This document shows positions 47,770-61,339 of a stretch of 64,000 nucleotides of DNA, piece by piece. The notes beneath the pieces were generated by a model that saw only the letters and a program-made list of their open reading frames with translations, ran no database searches and was not told the origin of the DNA. How positions within the stretch are numbered: position 1 is the stretch's first letter; each line of letters opens with the position of its first letter. Location: positions 66,025 through 130,024 of the forward strand of contig NW_018403537.1 in the NCBI RefSeq assembly GCF_002113885.1, given 5' to 3'. The position numbers and the translations under genes are program-made. This stretch comes from Mizuhopecten yessoensis. Taxonomy: Eukaryota.

Positions 47770-49180
47770 AGACATAATTACCTTAATAGTGTTTCAAATC
47801 ATTATTCCATGTTATGGTTTCCAAAAATGAGAAACAAACATTTTTTGGGTGTTCGTGAAATTATTAAAGAAGCAAGCGTTAAACAATGTGAATGCAATTT
47901 TATAAAGAAAGTTTACCTGACCAATGGTTTCACTGTGTACCTCCATAATACCATTATCTACCACACCAAGGAATAACACGATGACCGATTCAGCAGGTAG
48001 AAATGTGAATGCAACATGTTGTATCAAAGCTCCCACCCATTCCAGTCAAAGTTTCAGAATTTTACTAAACTGTCACTAACAACATCCGAAAATGGTGCAT
48101 AATGATACACTCATACAATGTAAGAGAATCATTTAAAATGTAATGGGGCCGGGATGTTAACATCCAAAATGGCTGCCTGTTGGCCATTTTGTTTATCTGA
48201 TCAGTGTTTAAAGTAAACATGCACAACAAGGGACCAAGGGCAACCTACATATCAAACTTTCTGAGAAATAGCCATAACAAACCTGCAATGTCAAAATACA
48301 AGATGGTCGCCTGTCGCACGCTTCAACACAAAAGTATATACTTAAAAAAGGAGGGGAGGGTTCAACTATTATTGTGCATCATGTAGGCTTGATAATTGAT
48401 CCTACCGATAAATATTTGGCAGTTTCTCCAGATGGAATTGTGGAGGAAGTTGAAGAAAAAAAAGGATTACTAGAAATCAAAAACCTTCTACAAACAAAGA
48501 AAATGAATTTTACACAAGCAGCACAACAGGATAAATCTTTTTGTTTAGAACACATTCAGGGTCATCTTCGGTTGAAAAAAAATCATTCTTATTAGTATCA
48601 GTGTCAAGGCCAATCAAATGTATCTTGTCTCCTTGGGTTGACTTTGTTGTACGCTCCACAAATCCGTACCAGCTACACCTTCAACGGAATTACCGTGATG
48701 AAGCATGGTGGAAGGATACCGTAAATAAAACTCAAGGCAATTTACAAGTGCTTTGTTGCCAGAACTTGCAGTCCCTCGTCATGACAAACATCCCTGAATT
48801 CGCGAGCCAGGTGTTTGGGTATGTTATAAACACCTTAAGAACAATCATATTTGGGCTGGCTATATATATACTGTAAAATACATACACATCTAACTTGAAT
48901 ACAGACAGCTGCAAGTATCGCTATACTTTTGACAGTTAATTGCTTTATAAATAATAATAGGGCAATTGATTTATCAATACATGGCTGAAGAAAATACATA
49001 ATTGATATAGCCATTTTGGATAATGTCTTGCAATATTAATAAGCCCACCAATTGATAAAGGTAAAGCATGCGGTGTTTGTCAATTGTGTAGGTGGCCTTG
49101 TTATGTTGTAGTTTCATCCATCATGCATTTATTATTGATTTGTGATGTGTGTGATTATTGGTCAAAATACCAATATACCT
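47770..49180 (+). pseudogene. YqaJ/lambda-exonuclease-family nuclease pseudogene (core 48383-48815)
   Basis: GLIIDPTDKYLAVSPDGIV..GLLEIKN..LKKNHSY*YQCQGQ..WVDFVV; cysteine-rich downstream segment; interrupted by a HINE-like fragment at ~48020-48320. Confidence 0.8.
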
Positions 49181-52147
49181 GGTAAATGACATACCTGTCA
49201 TCTCAGCAGTTGAATGGTTCACATACTATCCTGTAATGACTTAGGTGTGGGTTTACATCTTGTATGCAATGTTGCTGGTGTGCAAGTTGTCTCTTTTTCT
49301 CCAGGTACTCAAGTGTTTCTACAACACTACTTTTAGAAGTCCACGCATGACCTTACTGTGTTTAAAAGTAGTTTCCCTCAATTTTATGAGGCAGGCGGTG
49401 AAGTGTTAATTATTTTAGTCATGTTTCAGTACTTTGTCAGTACAAAAGGCACTCTGTGACACTGGGCCATATAGTTACAATAGTATTTTGCAAACACATC
49501 TATTTGTGTTCGCTATGTTATAAATTGCAGGCTGTTCTTGAAGCTTAGTTTTTACAGGTATGTCGCCTATACCATCGAGTTAACCAGGAACAAAACACAA
49601 GCACAAAAATTGAGAGTAATTGTTAATTTATTAAATGACTAGATTGATAACCAGTACAACACTGGATATCTCAAGTATAACACAACAAGTGTGTTCAATA
49701 CTATTACACAATCATTAAGAAATCTCAATTTTAAAAGATGCAACGACAACTGGAAAAAGTTGGCGTACCAAAAAGGCCGAGGTGAGGTTGCCAAACCCAT
49801 CTTTACATTATTTTCTGCGAGCCGGCTGCCCCAACCCTGTTTTTTAGGGGAGGTAGGTTTACCCAATGCTCTGACCAGTCGGCAAGTGTTGTCTCACTTC
49901 AACATAAACTAGCAACAACCTGCCAGGTTACAAATTATATTGGCGTACCAAAAAGGCCACACAAAAATTGAGTTCACACAATACAATCATTAACACATAA
50001 GATTTCCAAAAGCAATGTTCACAACATTTGAAAAAGTGGCATAATAAAAGTGCCACATGTACAGCAAAATACATTGTTATAACAATAAGGTAACCAATAC
50101 CAAAATAATAACCAATATCACAATGTTACAAGCGGAGAGGTGGGTGGGAAAAAAAGTTTGATTGAATTGATGCTGAAGCTAGCTTTGTTCTGTGATCTTC
50201 ATGTAATGGTGGGCCTCGTTCTGACTATAGTCAGGGGAGGTAACAAAAACCGGTTTTCAACTGAAACTGATATGGAACAAGGGAAACAACTCGCCTTAGT
50301 TTTTAGCCACATGCAGTAGAAAAACACGGTGTCCATATGAGATCACATAAATTTAATTATGCACTCTACGCTTCATAATTTTCATTTCTATGATTTTATA
50401 TTCATGACAAATTATAACAGGCTTAGCATTTATCATGTTTATTGAAGTGTTAACTGGTAACATTAAGGGCCCTGCATCGAAAGGTGAGTCACTGCGTCTA
50501 TCAGTCCGGCCGTCTGTCCATCGACACTTCGTTTCCACTGATTATATCAAATCCCTGAGGTGAAATTGGCTTACATGATGATATACATGTATACTACATA
50601 ATGTATGTGATATGCAGATGTACAAAATACACCTGTCACTGTTTTACTTGCTACTGTAAATAATAGTTTGTGAGAGAGAGTTTTATCAAGGTACATTATA
50701 TGTCTTTGCTATCACTTTAGACATATAATTATAAAGCTTTTTAGCAAATCAGATTGGCATGTACCCAGAAAATAAATTTGATGGTAACATGATTATTTTT
50801 TTTCAGACACAGGAAAGCAGTGAGTCGTGAAACAGGCCTGTCACCGACACACAACTACCATGCCGATCCAGCCAATATAGTCGATGCCTCTGCTTATAAT
50901 TCATTTAGGTAATTGTTTGCAAATACAAAAACACTGAAAGGCATTATATTTTGAGTGTTCAGTGAATGTGACGATATATATACATTATATAATTTTGAAA
51001 TGTAAAAAGTGTATTTTTCAGCTTTAAAACATAACAATTCCCTTGATTTGACATTGCCAAGGGCATATACTTTCATCATATGAATACATTAACATCTAAA
51101 TTAAGTTCACTGTTAAAAGTCAAAGTTTAAATCACAGCAGGTATTGCCTTCACTCAAAATACCGATATGAAACGTCACACCAATATGCACCTTTACTGTA
51201 CCACTTTCACCAAACTTCAAAGTTACCAACATGGAGACTGTACAAGGTCTAATTTAAGTAATTTAACTTTCTGTTGTTGATAACAGACATCATGTCAAAG
51301 CTATAAAGTTTTATATTTCTTATTACCAACAGTAAGAAAAGAGTAGCTTCCTAATCAACAACAGAGTTGAGAACTGCTGGCACAGTTGGTACCGCTACTG
51401 TCAAGCCATAAGGTAATTGCTACTAATGTCTGTCAAGATAATTACATGATAACCTGCCAATCTTGGCAAATAACTTAAATACTTATGAAATTATATATAC
51501 GCAACAGACAATAGTGCAGAAAATCATATTAATCTGATTGTAAATAAAGGATTGTTCATTGGATTTATGACATTATTATTCGTTTTTATATATAGATAAA
51601 AAGAAGTACATATCAAAAGGAGATAATGGAGTCAAATGTCTGATGTATTCAGGCTACATTAAATTAGGAGTTTTGACTTTGAAGTATTCATGTTATTGAG
51701 ACGAAATGTGTTATATTAATCTTCAGATCACCTGAAACAACTTCCTATTCGGCAACACAATAAACGAGCACCGGTACTGAATATCTGAATACATTACGTA
51801 ATCGTCCAGCAAGGTATGTTGGTAGTGCGTTCTGTACCTGTAAATGATATTGGGGTTAAGGTACTTCCTTTTGAGGTATTGATATACACATGACACTGCG
51901 TTACATACAAGTAAGTCATAGCCGGTTGGCATTTTTCTATGTTTATTACACAAAATATTCCATTATTACAAAGAAATAGTTACAGTGTAACACTGGGACC
52001 GAAACAAGCAGCTAAAAAAATAAAAATGGAGAACACTGATGTATAACTTGTAAGGCTCTCTACATTACACCAGGGGTTTGAACACAGATTTTTTTTAAAG
52101 TTTACTGCAGATTGATATTTTCGTAATGTAAACAAATTGATTTTCAG

Positions 52148-52400
52148 ATCAAATCGACAAAAAAATTGTGGGACGGCGAATTAGCCACAAATGGATTGTA
52201 GATGAGGAGACCAATTCTACAGAGTGGTACAGTCGATCCGTTCTGGAGGTGATCAAGGGAAGTGATGATGACAATGATGCTGTTTATGAAGTGCTGTATG
52301 ATGGGGATGAGGAGATGTATGAAATAGGACATTTGATGGATGTTTACAAGTCATTCTCATTGACATGTTTAGACTTGTTAAGGTATATCTTAAAATATGC
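52148..52400 (+). pseudogene. Orphan exon encoding a Tudor/Spin-like domain, of the kind found at transposase termini
   Basis: ttttcag|..IVGRRISHKWIVDE..EWYSRSVLEV..YEVLYDGDEEMYEIGHLMDVYK; candidate upstream exon 51727-51813. Confidence 0.5.
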
Positions 52401-53149
52401 AGATTTCAAGATTGTTATTGTTTAAATATCCCTACTGATCATGAACTGTCAACAATAATGATTGGATGTTAAAGATGGTACATGTATACTTTTTCAATAT
52501 TGTTTTGTTATCTGGCTGATATTCATATACATGAGGCCAGATTTGTCCTGCAACCCCCAAACTTTTATGTTTAGATAATGAAAATGTATAGTCTGTGATG
52601 AATTTTGTATTTAATACAAATACAACATTAGCATTCAATGTATGACTCAATAAATTCACGCATAATTTAATTTAATTTTCCTTTCAAAATTGTTTGTATA
52701 CATACATGTTTCTATTGATTGGCATTAAGGGCGATAACGCTTACACTTGGCTATGTATGGGCGTCCATATATATCCACAATAGCAGTTTCATATCAAAAC
52801 AAAATGGCTCCCATTTTTTGATAGACAACAATCTAAATACGACTTTGGTAGTTTAGATATGTATTTTACAACAGTTATTGGTGTGGCATGCTGTAATACA
52901 TGCTGAAACTTTACTTGCTAAATGACTTTTGTTCTCACTAAACACTTCATAACACACACAGACTTGTTCAAATTCAGTTATTATTTCATCAAATTACAGA
53001 CAAATCATCCAAATTTTGCTATTAATAGTATATCAACTAGAAAGATATTGTTATGCCGGACATTTTGGTGTATATTTTTTTTTTTTAATTTTCATGAAGT
53101 TTTGGTGAAAACAAAATCAGTATTCCAAACGGGGTCTTAAACCTTAACA

Positions 53150-53290
53150 TCAATATCACTACTACCAGCAGCGTCAACTTCTAAACAGATACATATGAAC
53201 TTGTCACAGTCGACACTTCGGCCGTCATCTTTCTCATCATCACACCGACAATCAATAGAACAGCTAACGTCACACAGGGAAACTTTGGCC
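53150..53290 (-). mobile_element. Degenerate PHD-like fragment (possibly CR1 ORF1)
   Basis: CSIDCRCDDEKDDGRSVDCDKFICIC; incomplete ligand set. Confidence 0.3.
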
Positions 53291-53469
53291 ACCCTCGCAA
53301 AAACGCGTACATGGTTCAGTTCTGCAATTACACGCGTAATGGTTGGTTGGTTGAAATCTCTAGCTTNGGGGGGGAGAGAGAGAGAAAGGGGGTGAGGGTA
53401 TAAATAGAAGAGACACTAGCGTCACCATTAAAGAGTAAGTTTACATGAATAACACCATCATACCATGCT

Positions 53470-56400
53470 AGATCTGTATATAATATTCTACTTAAGTTCT
53501 GATATAAGGGACAAAAAAAAGTAAAAATTTATAAGAATCTTCGCAGGGATGCCCACATCGACACTCTGCTGAATCTATTAAGTTGGCTATAAAAATATCA
53601 TAGTTGAGTGGGCTTGCTCGGTTTCTTAGACAACAGGGAAGAATATTTAATTTCCTAGATCCATAATTTACAAATTTCTCACTTGAATTACTGTTCACCA
53701 ACAAGGACTTTTTAACATTTGACTTGAACGAATTTAATGAGGGTGAATTTCTGATATCGTTATTCAGGTTGTTCCAAAGATTCGTTGCAGAGGGAAAGAA
53801 AGAATATTTTGAGCTGTTGTTCTCTCAGCAGGTAAGCTCCTCGTAATCTATATGGGACTATACTTCCAACATAATCTGGCAACAAGTCAATAAGAAAATT
53901 TGGTGCCATAATGTTAACAATAGAATGAAATAGAGAAAGTTTCCGAGCATCTCTTCTTTTTGCGAGGGGTAACCAGCTAGTTTTTTTCATGTAAATGGTC
54001 AATCCAGTGACAATTCTAGCAGCTTCTAGTCGAATTTTTCTCCAGTGTTAGGGAGTTAGTTGCACCGCAGTTGCCCCAAACCTCACATGCATATTCAAGA
54101 AGTGGTCTAATATAGATTAAAAATAACTTCTCTAAGTTGGTCCTTTTTAAGATAAGTTTGAGCTTACGAAGGGTTGCACTATATTTTGTTATTTTACTAA
54201 CTATGTAATCAACATGAGAGTTCCATTTATAGTCGTTAGAAATAATAACACCTAAGTGTTTATGTTGGTTAGTAATCTTGATGGAAGTACGAACAAAGTT
54301 AAACGATGGGACAAATGGAAGCTGCAGATTGGATATGATAAGGGCCTCAGTTTTGTTGGGGTTGAAAGACATCATCCACTCTTTGGACCAAACTTCATGT
54401 TTCCTCATATCAGATCTTGCTTCTAATTCTATTAGGTTCAGGTCACGAGAGGAGTAAGAAAGAGCTGTATCGTCAGCGGAAAGTCTGGACTAAGAGTAGA
54501 GTTCACGTGAAATATTGTTTATATACATTAAGAAAAATAAAGGCCCGAGAATTGAACCTTGAGGTACACCAGCCCAGCGTTGGTGGAAGTGAATGAAGAA
54601 AGTGCATCTTCAATAAAAACTGCTTGCTTTCTATCAGAAACATAGCTACTGATCAAAAGAATAAGTTGACCTTCATGCCATAATAATTATGCAATTTGTG
54701 TAGAAGACCTTTTTGCCACACCCGATCACATGCCTTCGAAAAATCACAGAATATTAGAATAGTGCGCTCATAATTTTCCAAAGAAGAATTATTGAATGAT
54801 AGAGTTCAATGAGCTGATCAGTGGTAGAATGGTTAGGTAAGAATCATGACTAATATTTATAAATAAGATAATTTTCAATTAAATAATTATACATGTGTTT
54901 ATAAACCACACGCTCAAATAGCTTCCCCAAACAGCTTAGCAGTGAAATAGGTCAGTAGTTTGAAGAAATACTTGCATCATTAGCTTTATGGGCGGATTGG
55001 TCGAGTGGTTAACACTCCGGGCCTTCCAAGCAGGGTTCGATCCCCGAAGTCGTCGTACGCATGGAATATTAGAGAATGTGTTTTTCTCCTGCCCACACAA
55101 CTCCAACAACCCAGGTGGAGTATAAAATGGTCTGGGGTGGGTATTGCGGTATCTGTGCTGTAGCATTCAAGTGAGGTGGCACTATAAATGGTACCGTTGG
55201 AAGCACGGTTCCTCTACAAACAGAACACAATACATCTCCACCTCACACACACACACATAGGGAGATATAAGCCAGGTGGCATAGGACTAGTAGTTAGGGC
55301 TTGATAAGGCAGCTCCTGCGAATTCCTCAATATTGTATTGATTAATGTATATGCTAATTGTATTGACTGTATACAATTGTATATCTATGTACTGTAAAGC
55401 GCTTTAGAGTGGCTTATGTTAGCTAGATAGGGCGCTATATCAAATGTTGTATATTATTATTATTATTTAAATACAGGCATGACATGAGCAATTTTCCAGC
55501 AATCAGGATATACATGTATACTGGATGATAATAAATAATTAAATATAATTGATAGTGGTATGGATATTTCATTACAAAGTGACTTGAGCATTTTGTGGCC
55601 GACACCATCAGGGCCTGTTGCTTTATTTGTATCAAGTATATTAATAGTCTTCAATTTCACTAGGTAAGATGTTTATTTCACATAAAGCAGAATTAGTACG
55701 CCTCTCAAAAAAGGGTAGATCTTTATTAATGTCATTTTCAGATAATGTACATACAGAGCCAAAATAGTTGTTAAATAATTCACATTACTGGCATAATCAT
55801 ATACAATTTCATTTATAGTGGGATCCAGGAGTGGAGATATGTCTGAGTGTTTATTGACTTTCAGAATGTTACGTAAAAGTTTCCAGTATGCCTTGGTGCT
55901 GTTATTACTTCTGTCAATGACTGAATCAATGTTTTCATAAAATATTTCTTTAGCTCTCTTTATCATGTTATTTACTTTGTTTCTCATGTGTTTATGTTTT
56001 CTTTTGTTGGACTCGGTATTGTTATTAAACATGATCTCTTTTTCTAATACTACTTCTTAAGATTCTATTCATCCATGGTTTGTCACCCTCTCGAACTAAG
56101 ATTTCTTTGTTTGGTATACATTTCATGACAGCCTCGAGGAATTTATCAGTAAAATATTTACACATTTCATTGACATCTGTTAAGTTATTAAGATCATCAT
56201 TCCAAGCAACACTATTAATCATTACTTTTAGTTCGTCAATGTTGCATTGATCATATAACCATATTTTTGTTTTATAGTGATAATTAACTTTAACAGGGAT
56301 ATTCATAATAGCAAAAACTGCATCATGGTCACTGATAGAGCGTTCATTTTCAATGAAAAAGTTATATTTACAGTATCGCTTACAATAATAGGATCAATAA

Positions 56401-57520
56401 GTGAAGATGAGTTATCGGTTTGTCTCGCAGGTTCTGTTATTACATTTGTTAACTTATAATAAGAGTGAATATCACTAAGATCGCCTCTAATAGTTTATAG
56501 AAAGTCTACATTCAAGTCACCTGTGATTATTAAATTTGGAGTTTCTTCAAAAGCAATATCTATCGAGTGACGCAGATGGTGCCATAGAACAGTATAATTA
56601 AGGCCCCCGGGTCTATAAATATAACAAATTAAATAAAGTGAATCTTTAAATTTGATTTGGGACCAAACAGTTTCATCATTTCCCAATTCCAAGTCAGTTC
56701 TTCGCTTAGTAAAGAGAGATTCAGAGAAATAAATTGCAAAACCCCAGCCAAACATATTTCTATCTTTGCGAAATGGTTCAGAGAAGCCATCAATGGCGAG
56801 TTCGGAATTTGTTATCTAAATGTGTTTCTGTTAAGCATAGGATGTCAAATTGCAACATCCTCGGGATTTGGGTGTAGATCACCAGATATTAACAAAATAA
56901 TTATAGCTGAATTAAATGGGTTAAGCATGTAATGGGACAACTGCAGTAATAAAAAAACAGACCTGATGGAGACATCTGAAATGGGAGAAAAATTATTTAA
57001 AACCTTTGCAGTCGTTATGAATAAAAACTACGGTGACTGGTATACAAGCTAACTTACTATAGAAACATCCATGGCAGCCCTCCAGGCACATACACCATTT
57101 CTCATCATGGAGAGTCAAAAGTAAAAAATACAAAATATTGTTGGAGGTCTGCCAACTTTCTATGAGATGAACAAACATATCCTAGGTAGGGGCGGGGTGA
57201 GAAATTGGACAGGACTGATATTTAATAAGGAGAGAAGTAGAGTGGTGATAAAGGGAAGGACCATATACTTATTGGTAAGGAGACAGGAGAGAGAAATGGA
57301 CAGTTGGATATATAGAAAAAGCAAGAGGGGAGCTGGGAGAAGATAACATATTTCAAAGGATATAAGAAAGGACATGATCTGGGTGGGAGCGGGGAACAAG
57401 CATTCAGAAAATGTTAGTAGAGAGTAATCACATAGTGAGGGGGTAGATGATTATGGCTATAAATAGATATACAAAAAATAACCATATAAAAAACCCAGGT
57501 GTAATAAGAATACAGGATTG
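53470..57520 (-). mobile_element. Near full-length degenerate CR1-group LINE ORF2 with 5' region
   Basis: APE (FDILCLTETHLD, CYIYRP, ITGDLNVD), RT (KATGPDGV, PISLLSCLGKLFER, GVPQGSILGP, ADDT, FNPNKTE), C-terminal CRCGHPCED. Confidence 0.92.
54990..55466 (+). mobile_element. Complete tRNA-headed SINE with L2-like tail, inserted in the LINE RT
   Basis: A box TGGTCGAGTGG, B box GGTTCGATCCC, tail TGTAAAGCGCTTT..GCGCTATATCAAAT(TAT)n; splits LINE peptide VMPVFK|ANDASISSNY. Confidence 0.88.
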
Positions 57521-58209
57521 TCATGTGACCTGTTGATCAAAGAAGTAAACCCTGTCATACAAGATTCAAATGCCTTGATTACGTATACATGACTTTAGTA
57601 GAATATTATAGATTTACAAAAAGTTATGACACATACACATACATGCACACGCACCCGCACCCTACATCAATAATACGAGGGTTCGATGGGAAAGCTCCCT
57701 CCGATCACGGACGACTCTTTTGGTTCGAGGATAAAATTTTGGCCATAATCCGAAAGGGTGCGTACACATGAAAAGCTAGCTTTACAGGAGGTAAAATTTT
57801 GACAACAGCACACGACGCAAAATTGCAAAAAATCAAGTTTTACAACTTTACTGGGACCCAGATAATTCTGCAACCAGGTAGGTAATCTTTAATTTCAGAC
57901 AGAGCTGAGGAAAAAAAATACTAGTTGCGGGGGTCAAATTTTGGGTTGAAAATAGCAATTTTTGGCATTTTTTGGTAATTTTTGATGTGGTAACCATGGT
58001 TTTCACACAAGTGACATACATAGAAAAAAGAGGTTTATACACTTCTCAGTACTTTATATGTATTGTAAATGTAATGCAGTTTACAAATATATATACATGT
58101 ATGCATGTGTTGTGTAGGGTAAATCCGCTGTGTTTACATTTCCTCGACATGTGCCTTGTTTATCAGAGTCGGGCCATTTCTACTGTATTCTGCTACCAGA
58201 TGTCTACCA

Positions 58210-59650
58210 TAATAGATGAAATCAAAATGGGGGAAACAAAATTTGATTTGCTAGGTATTCATTTTTCAGTTAACTTAGGAAGAGATTATAAGTTTGAATT
58301 ATGTGAAAGCCCTAAAAATGTAATTAACAGTATAACCCAATGGTCACGTTGGATGTTAACCCCTATTGGTCGTATTGTAGTATTGAAATCAATAATTATA
58401 CCAAAACTTAATCATCTGTTCATTGCAATTCCTACACCAACCGGCACTTTTATTCAGCAGCTGAACACTATATATCTTAACTTCATTTGGCAATCTCCTG
58501 TTGACAAAATTAAACGAATTACTATAATCCAAAAGTATGAAAGTGGAGGCCTTGAAATGATTAACACCAATAATTTCATTTCTAGTTTGAAGTCCACTTG
58601 GATACGAAGATTACTGAAAAATAATGGCAAAAGCTGGATACACATTTTTGAAGCAGAGCACTTTTCAGAAAAAAATATATCAGATATGGGAATTGATTTT
58701 ATTAGAAATTTTAAGACTAGTAATATGTTTTGGAAGGATGTTTTTAAGGCATAGGTAAATGTTTCAGTAGTAACACAAGTAACATCAATTAAGCAGTTCT
58801 TAACTCTCCCTATCTGGTATAACCCACTTTTTGGTATTGGCAAAGTCTTTTTTTGTCCGAAAATGGTTTGATCGGGGTGTTTAAAATGTTTGTGATTTAT
58901 TAGAGCAAAATAACGTTTTTTTTAACTTTTGTAAATTTTAAACTGAAATACAATATATACTCTGGAAACTTCTTGATTTATCATAGTATATGCCAGTCTA
59001 TTAGGCAATGTTGTAAACAATTAAATTATAACTAAACTGCAGAAACAACTTTGGAGTTCATACCAAGTCATATCTATATTATCATAAAGGGTAAAAAAAA
59101 GGTTGTAAAGACATGTATGACATATTAAATAGTAAAATTAAATTAGTAAATACAGCTGATTTTTTTTTTTTAGAAATATAGATTGGAAATGTTCATATAG
59201 TATTGTCTTTAAAGTTACAAAAGCCACAACACTGCAATGGTTTCAATACATATTACAAAATTGTATCCTCCCAATTAAAGACGATTTAAATACTATTGGG
59301 ATGTCAAATGACAATATCTGTAATATGTGTAAAATACAAATAGAAACTACATAACATTTATTCTGGGAATGTCCACAGTCCTGAACGCTATGGCAAGATT
59401 TAAAAGAGAGATTATTTAGCAGAATAAGGAAAATCATTGATTTTAAGTTGCAAACAATACTTTTTGGAATTACTGAAAATGCTCCTATGCCCATTAACTA
59501 TATAATTTTGTATACAAAATATTATATATATACTGTTTCCAGATAAAAACCCAGAAGTTAAGTTTAAATGGTTTGAATGAGTTTCTTGCATTCAGATATA
59601 AATAATATTGAGCAAGCTTTATCAGTAAAAAAATAATAATCAAAGATCGA
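58210..59650 (+). mobile_element. L1/Tx1-clade LINE ORF2 3' half
   Basis: FDLLGI, WSRWMLTPIGRIVVLKSIIIPKLNHLF, FIW, SGGLEMIN, WIRRLL, PIWYNP, WFQY, CNMC..ET..HLFWEC. Confidence 0.88.
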
Positions 59651-59799
59651 TGGAATGGAAGGATTTATTTTGAGATTTTTTTGTATACTACAATTTGTCT
59701 TTTTGTCGATGGATATTTTTCTCTCCAAAAACAAACACAATACAGGTGTAGAGTGCATGAACATTATATGTATTTTCTGGTGCTTATATGGATACATGC

Positions 59800-59975
59800 A
59801 ATACTGGGCATGCATGTTTGTATTTACATACATGTATGTAAGTGCATGCATACTTGCTGATGTTAGTTTGTATATACGTGCATGTGTATGCATGTGTGTA
59901 TGTACGTATGTAGGTCGTATGAGTGTATGCTTTGTACGTATGTATATGTGTATGTATATGTGTGTGTATAAGTGT
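59800..59975. repeat. (TATG/TGTG)n low-complexity tract
   Basis: Alternating purine-pyrimidine repeats. Confidence 0.8.
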
Positions 59976-61339
59976 TTTGTTTATGTTTAGTGATTATGAT
60001 ACTGTTGTATATGTAAACACGTCTGGATGTGTGTGCTGTGTGTGAAATGTGGTAGTATGTTCTTGTTCTGTAGATGTCCAATACTCTGTACAAATGTTTT
60101 ATTTCCCAATCAAATTTCTGAATGCTATATTGATAAAAAATGTTATGAAATTGAAATATTTGAATTTAGATAAATTATCAGAGAAAAATTAATGAGAGCC
60201 CTCCTGTGTGAGGACACCATATTGTTTAGGGGACTGAATCCAGGGCTCCCCAACCCTGGCAGTTCCTATCAATTTGTTTATTTATATCTGTATATACTTA
60301 AAAGTATTATATATATATATATATATAATATTTGGCTGTGGGAAATAAAATATTTGAAAAAAGGAATAGGTAAACATTGATTAGTTTGAAATGTAATTAA
60401 AAAATTGATAATAATAAATTAAGAAACCACCAGTGAGCCGCTAGGCGTATTTACACTGTGCATTACGAGTCGATTCACATGAACAGGCAGGCACCCGTGG
60501 ACAGGGTTGTGCCATTCTACTATTAAGTATGACAGGCAGCGAAAACAAAATAAAATTAGATAAGATATTCCATTGGGCTACCACCTAGAAGAATAATTAT
60601 GAAGATCACATATAAACGATAGGCCCCGAAGTTGCATTAGACATACCCGGAAGGCATACTTGCATGTGCATTCATATACATTGTTATTGTATGACACCCC
60701 AGTCCACGAGTACCTGTGTATGCGCTAGGAAACGTGGTCCGAATGACCAAGATTAAAGCGGTCACTTCGATCTACTGACACAGACGAGAACGAAAACGAA
60801 GTTGGTTATACAATTACTCAATCACGGTCGTAAGCATGACACGAAAATCTAAACAGCAATTACCAGCAGCCCACATGCAGAGAGCATAGACCATATAGTG
60901 CACTTCTATTTCCGGTTTGAGTAAAAGGGGAAACAACTCTGCGGGCAAATAGTTCGCAAACAAACAAAATGAAATTGCAAGAGTAGATCTATATAAGAGT
61001 GGATTAGTTGAACAATTGGACATGTCGAATCCACAAATGAATATTTATTTTGGCAATTTGAATGAAATATATTTACTGTGCACTATATGACATTGACCTA
61101 CTGAGTAAATAATGAAGGCCAATATAGCTGGGTTATATTCTAGGTCATGCATTAGTATTTTTATAAACATACACAATGTAGATTAATTTAAAAATCAGAA
61201 ATTACTATTATTCGACAAAATGCTTACTGTACAGGCGCTAACAACTTTTTTTAAATTCCATTATATCGAATGAATTTAACTAATAATTGTGGAGGGAAAC
61301 AACTTTGTTTGGATGATGGAGTTGGGACTGTCATTTGAC

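Noticed and set aside
48374-48876. YqaJ as evidence of bacterial or phage contamination, or of a virus
   Set aside because: Embedded among eukaryotic repeats, interrupted by a HINE fragment, pseudogenised and adjacent to a eukaryotic transposase
57972-58209. N-terminal extension of the 260-aa ORF
   Set aside because: LINE homology starts only near 58210; the upstream part is read-through of unrelated repeat sequence from a non-ATG start
59564-60093. His/Thr/Tyr- and Cys/Val/Met-rich ORFs
   Set aside because: Translations of TG/TATG low-complexity sequence
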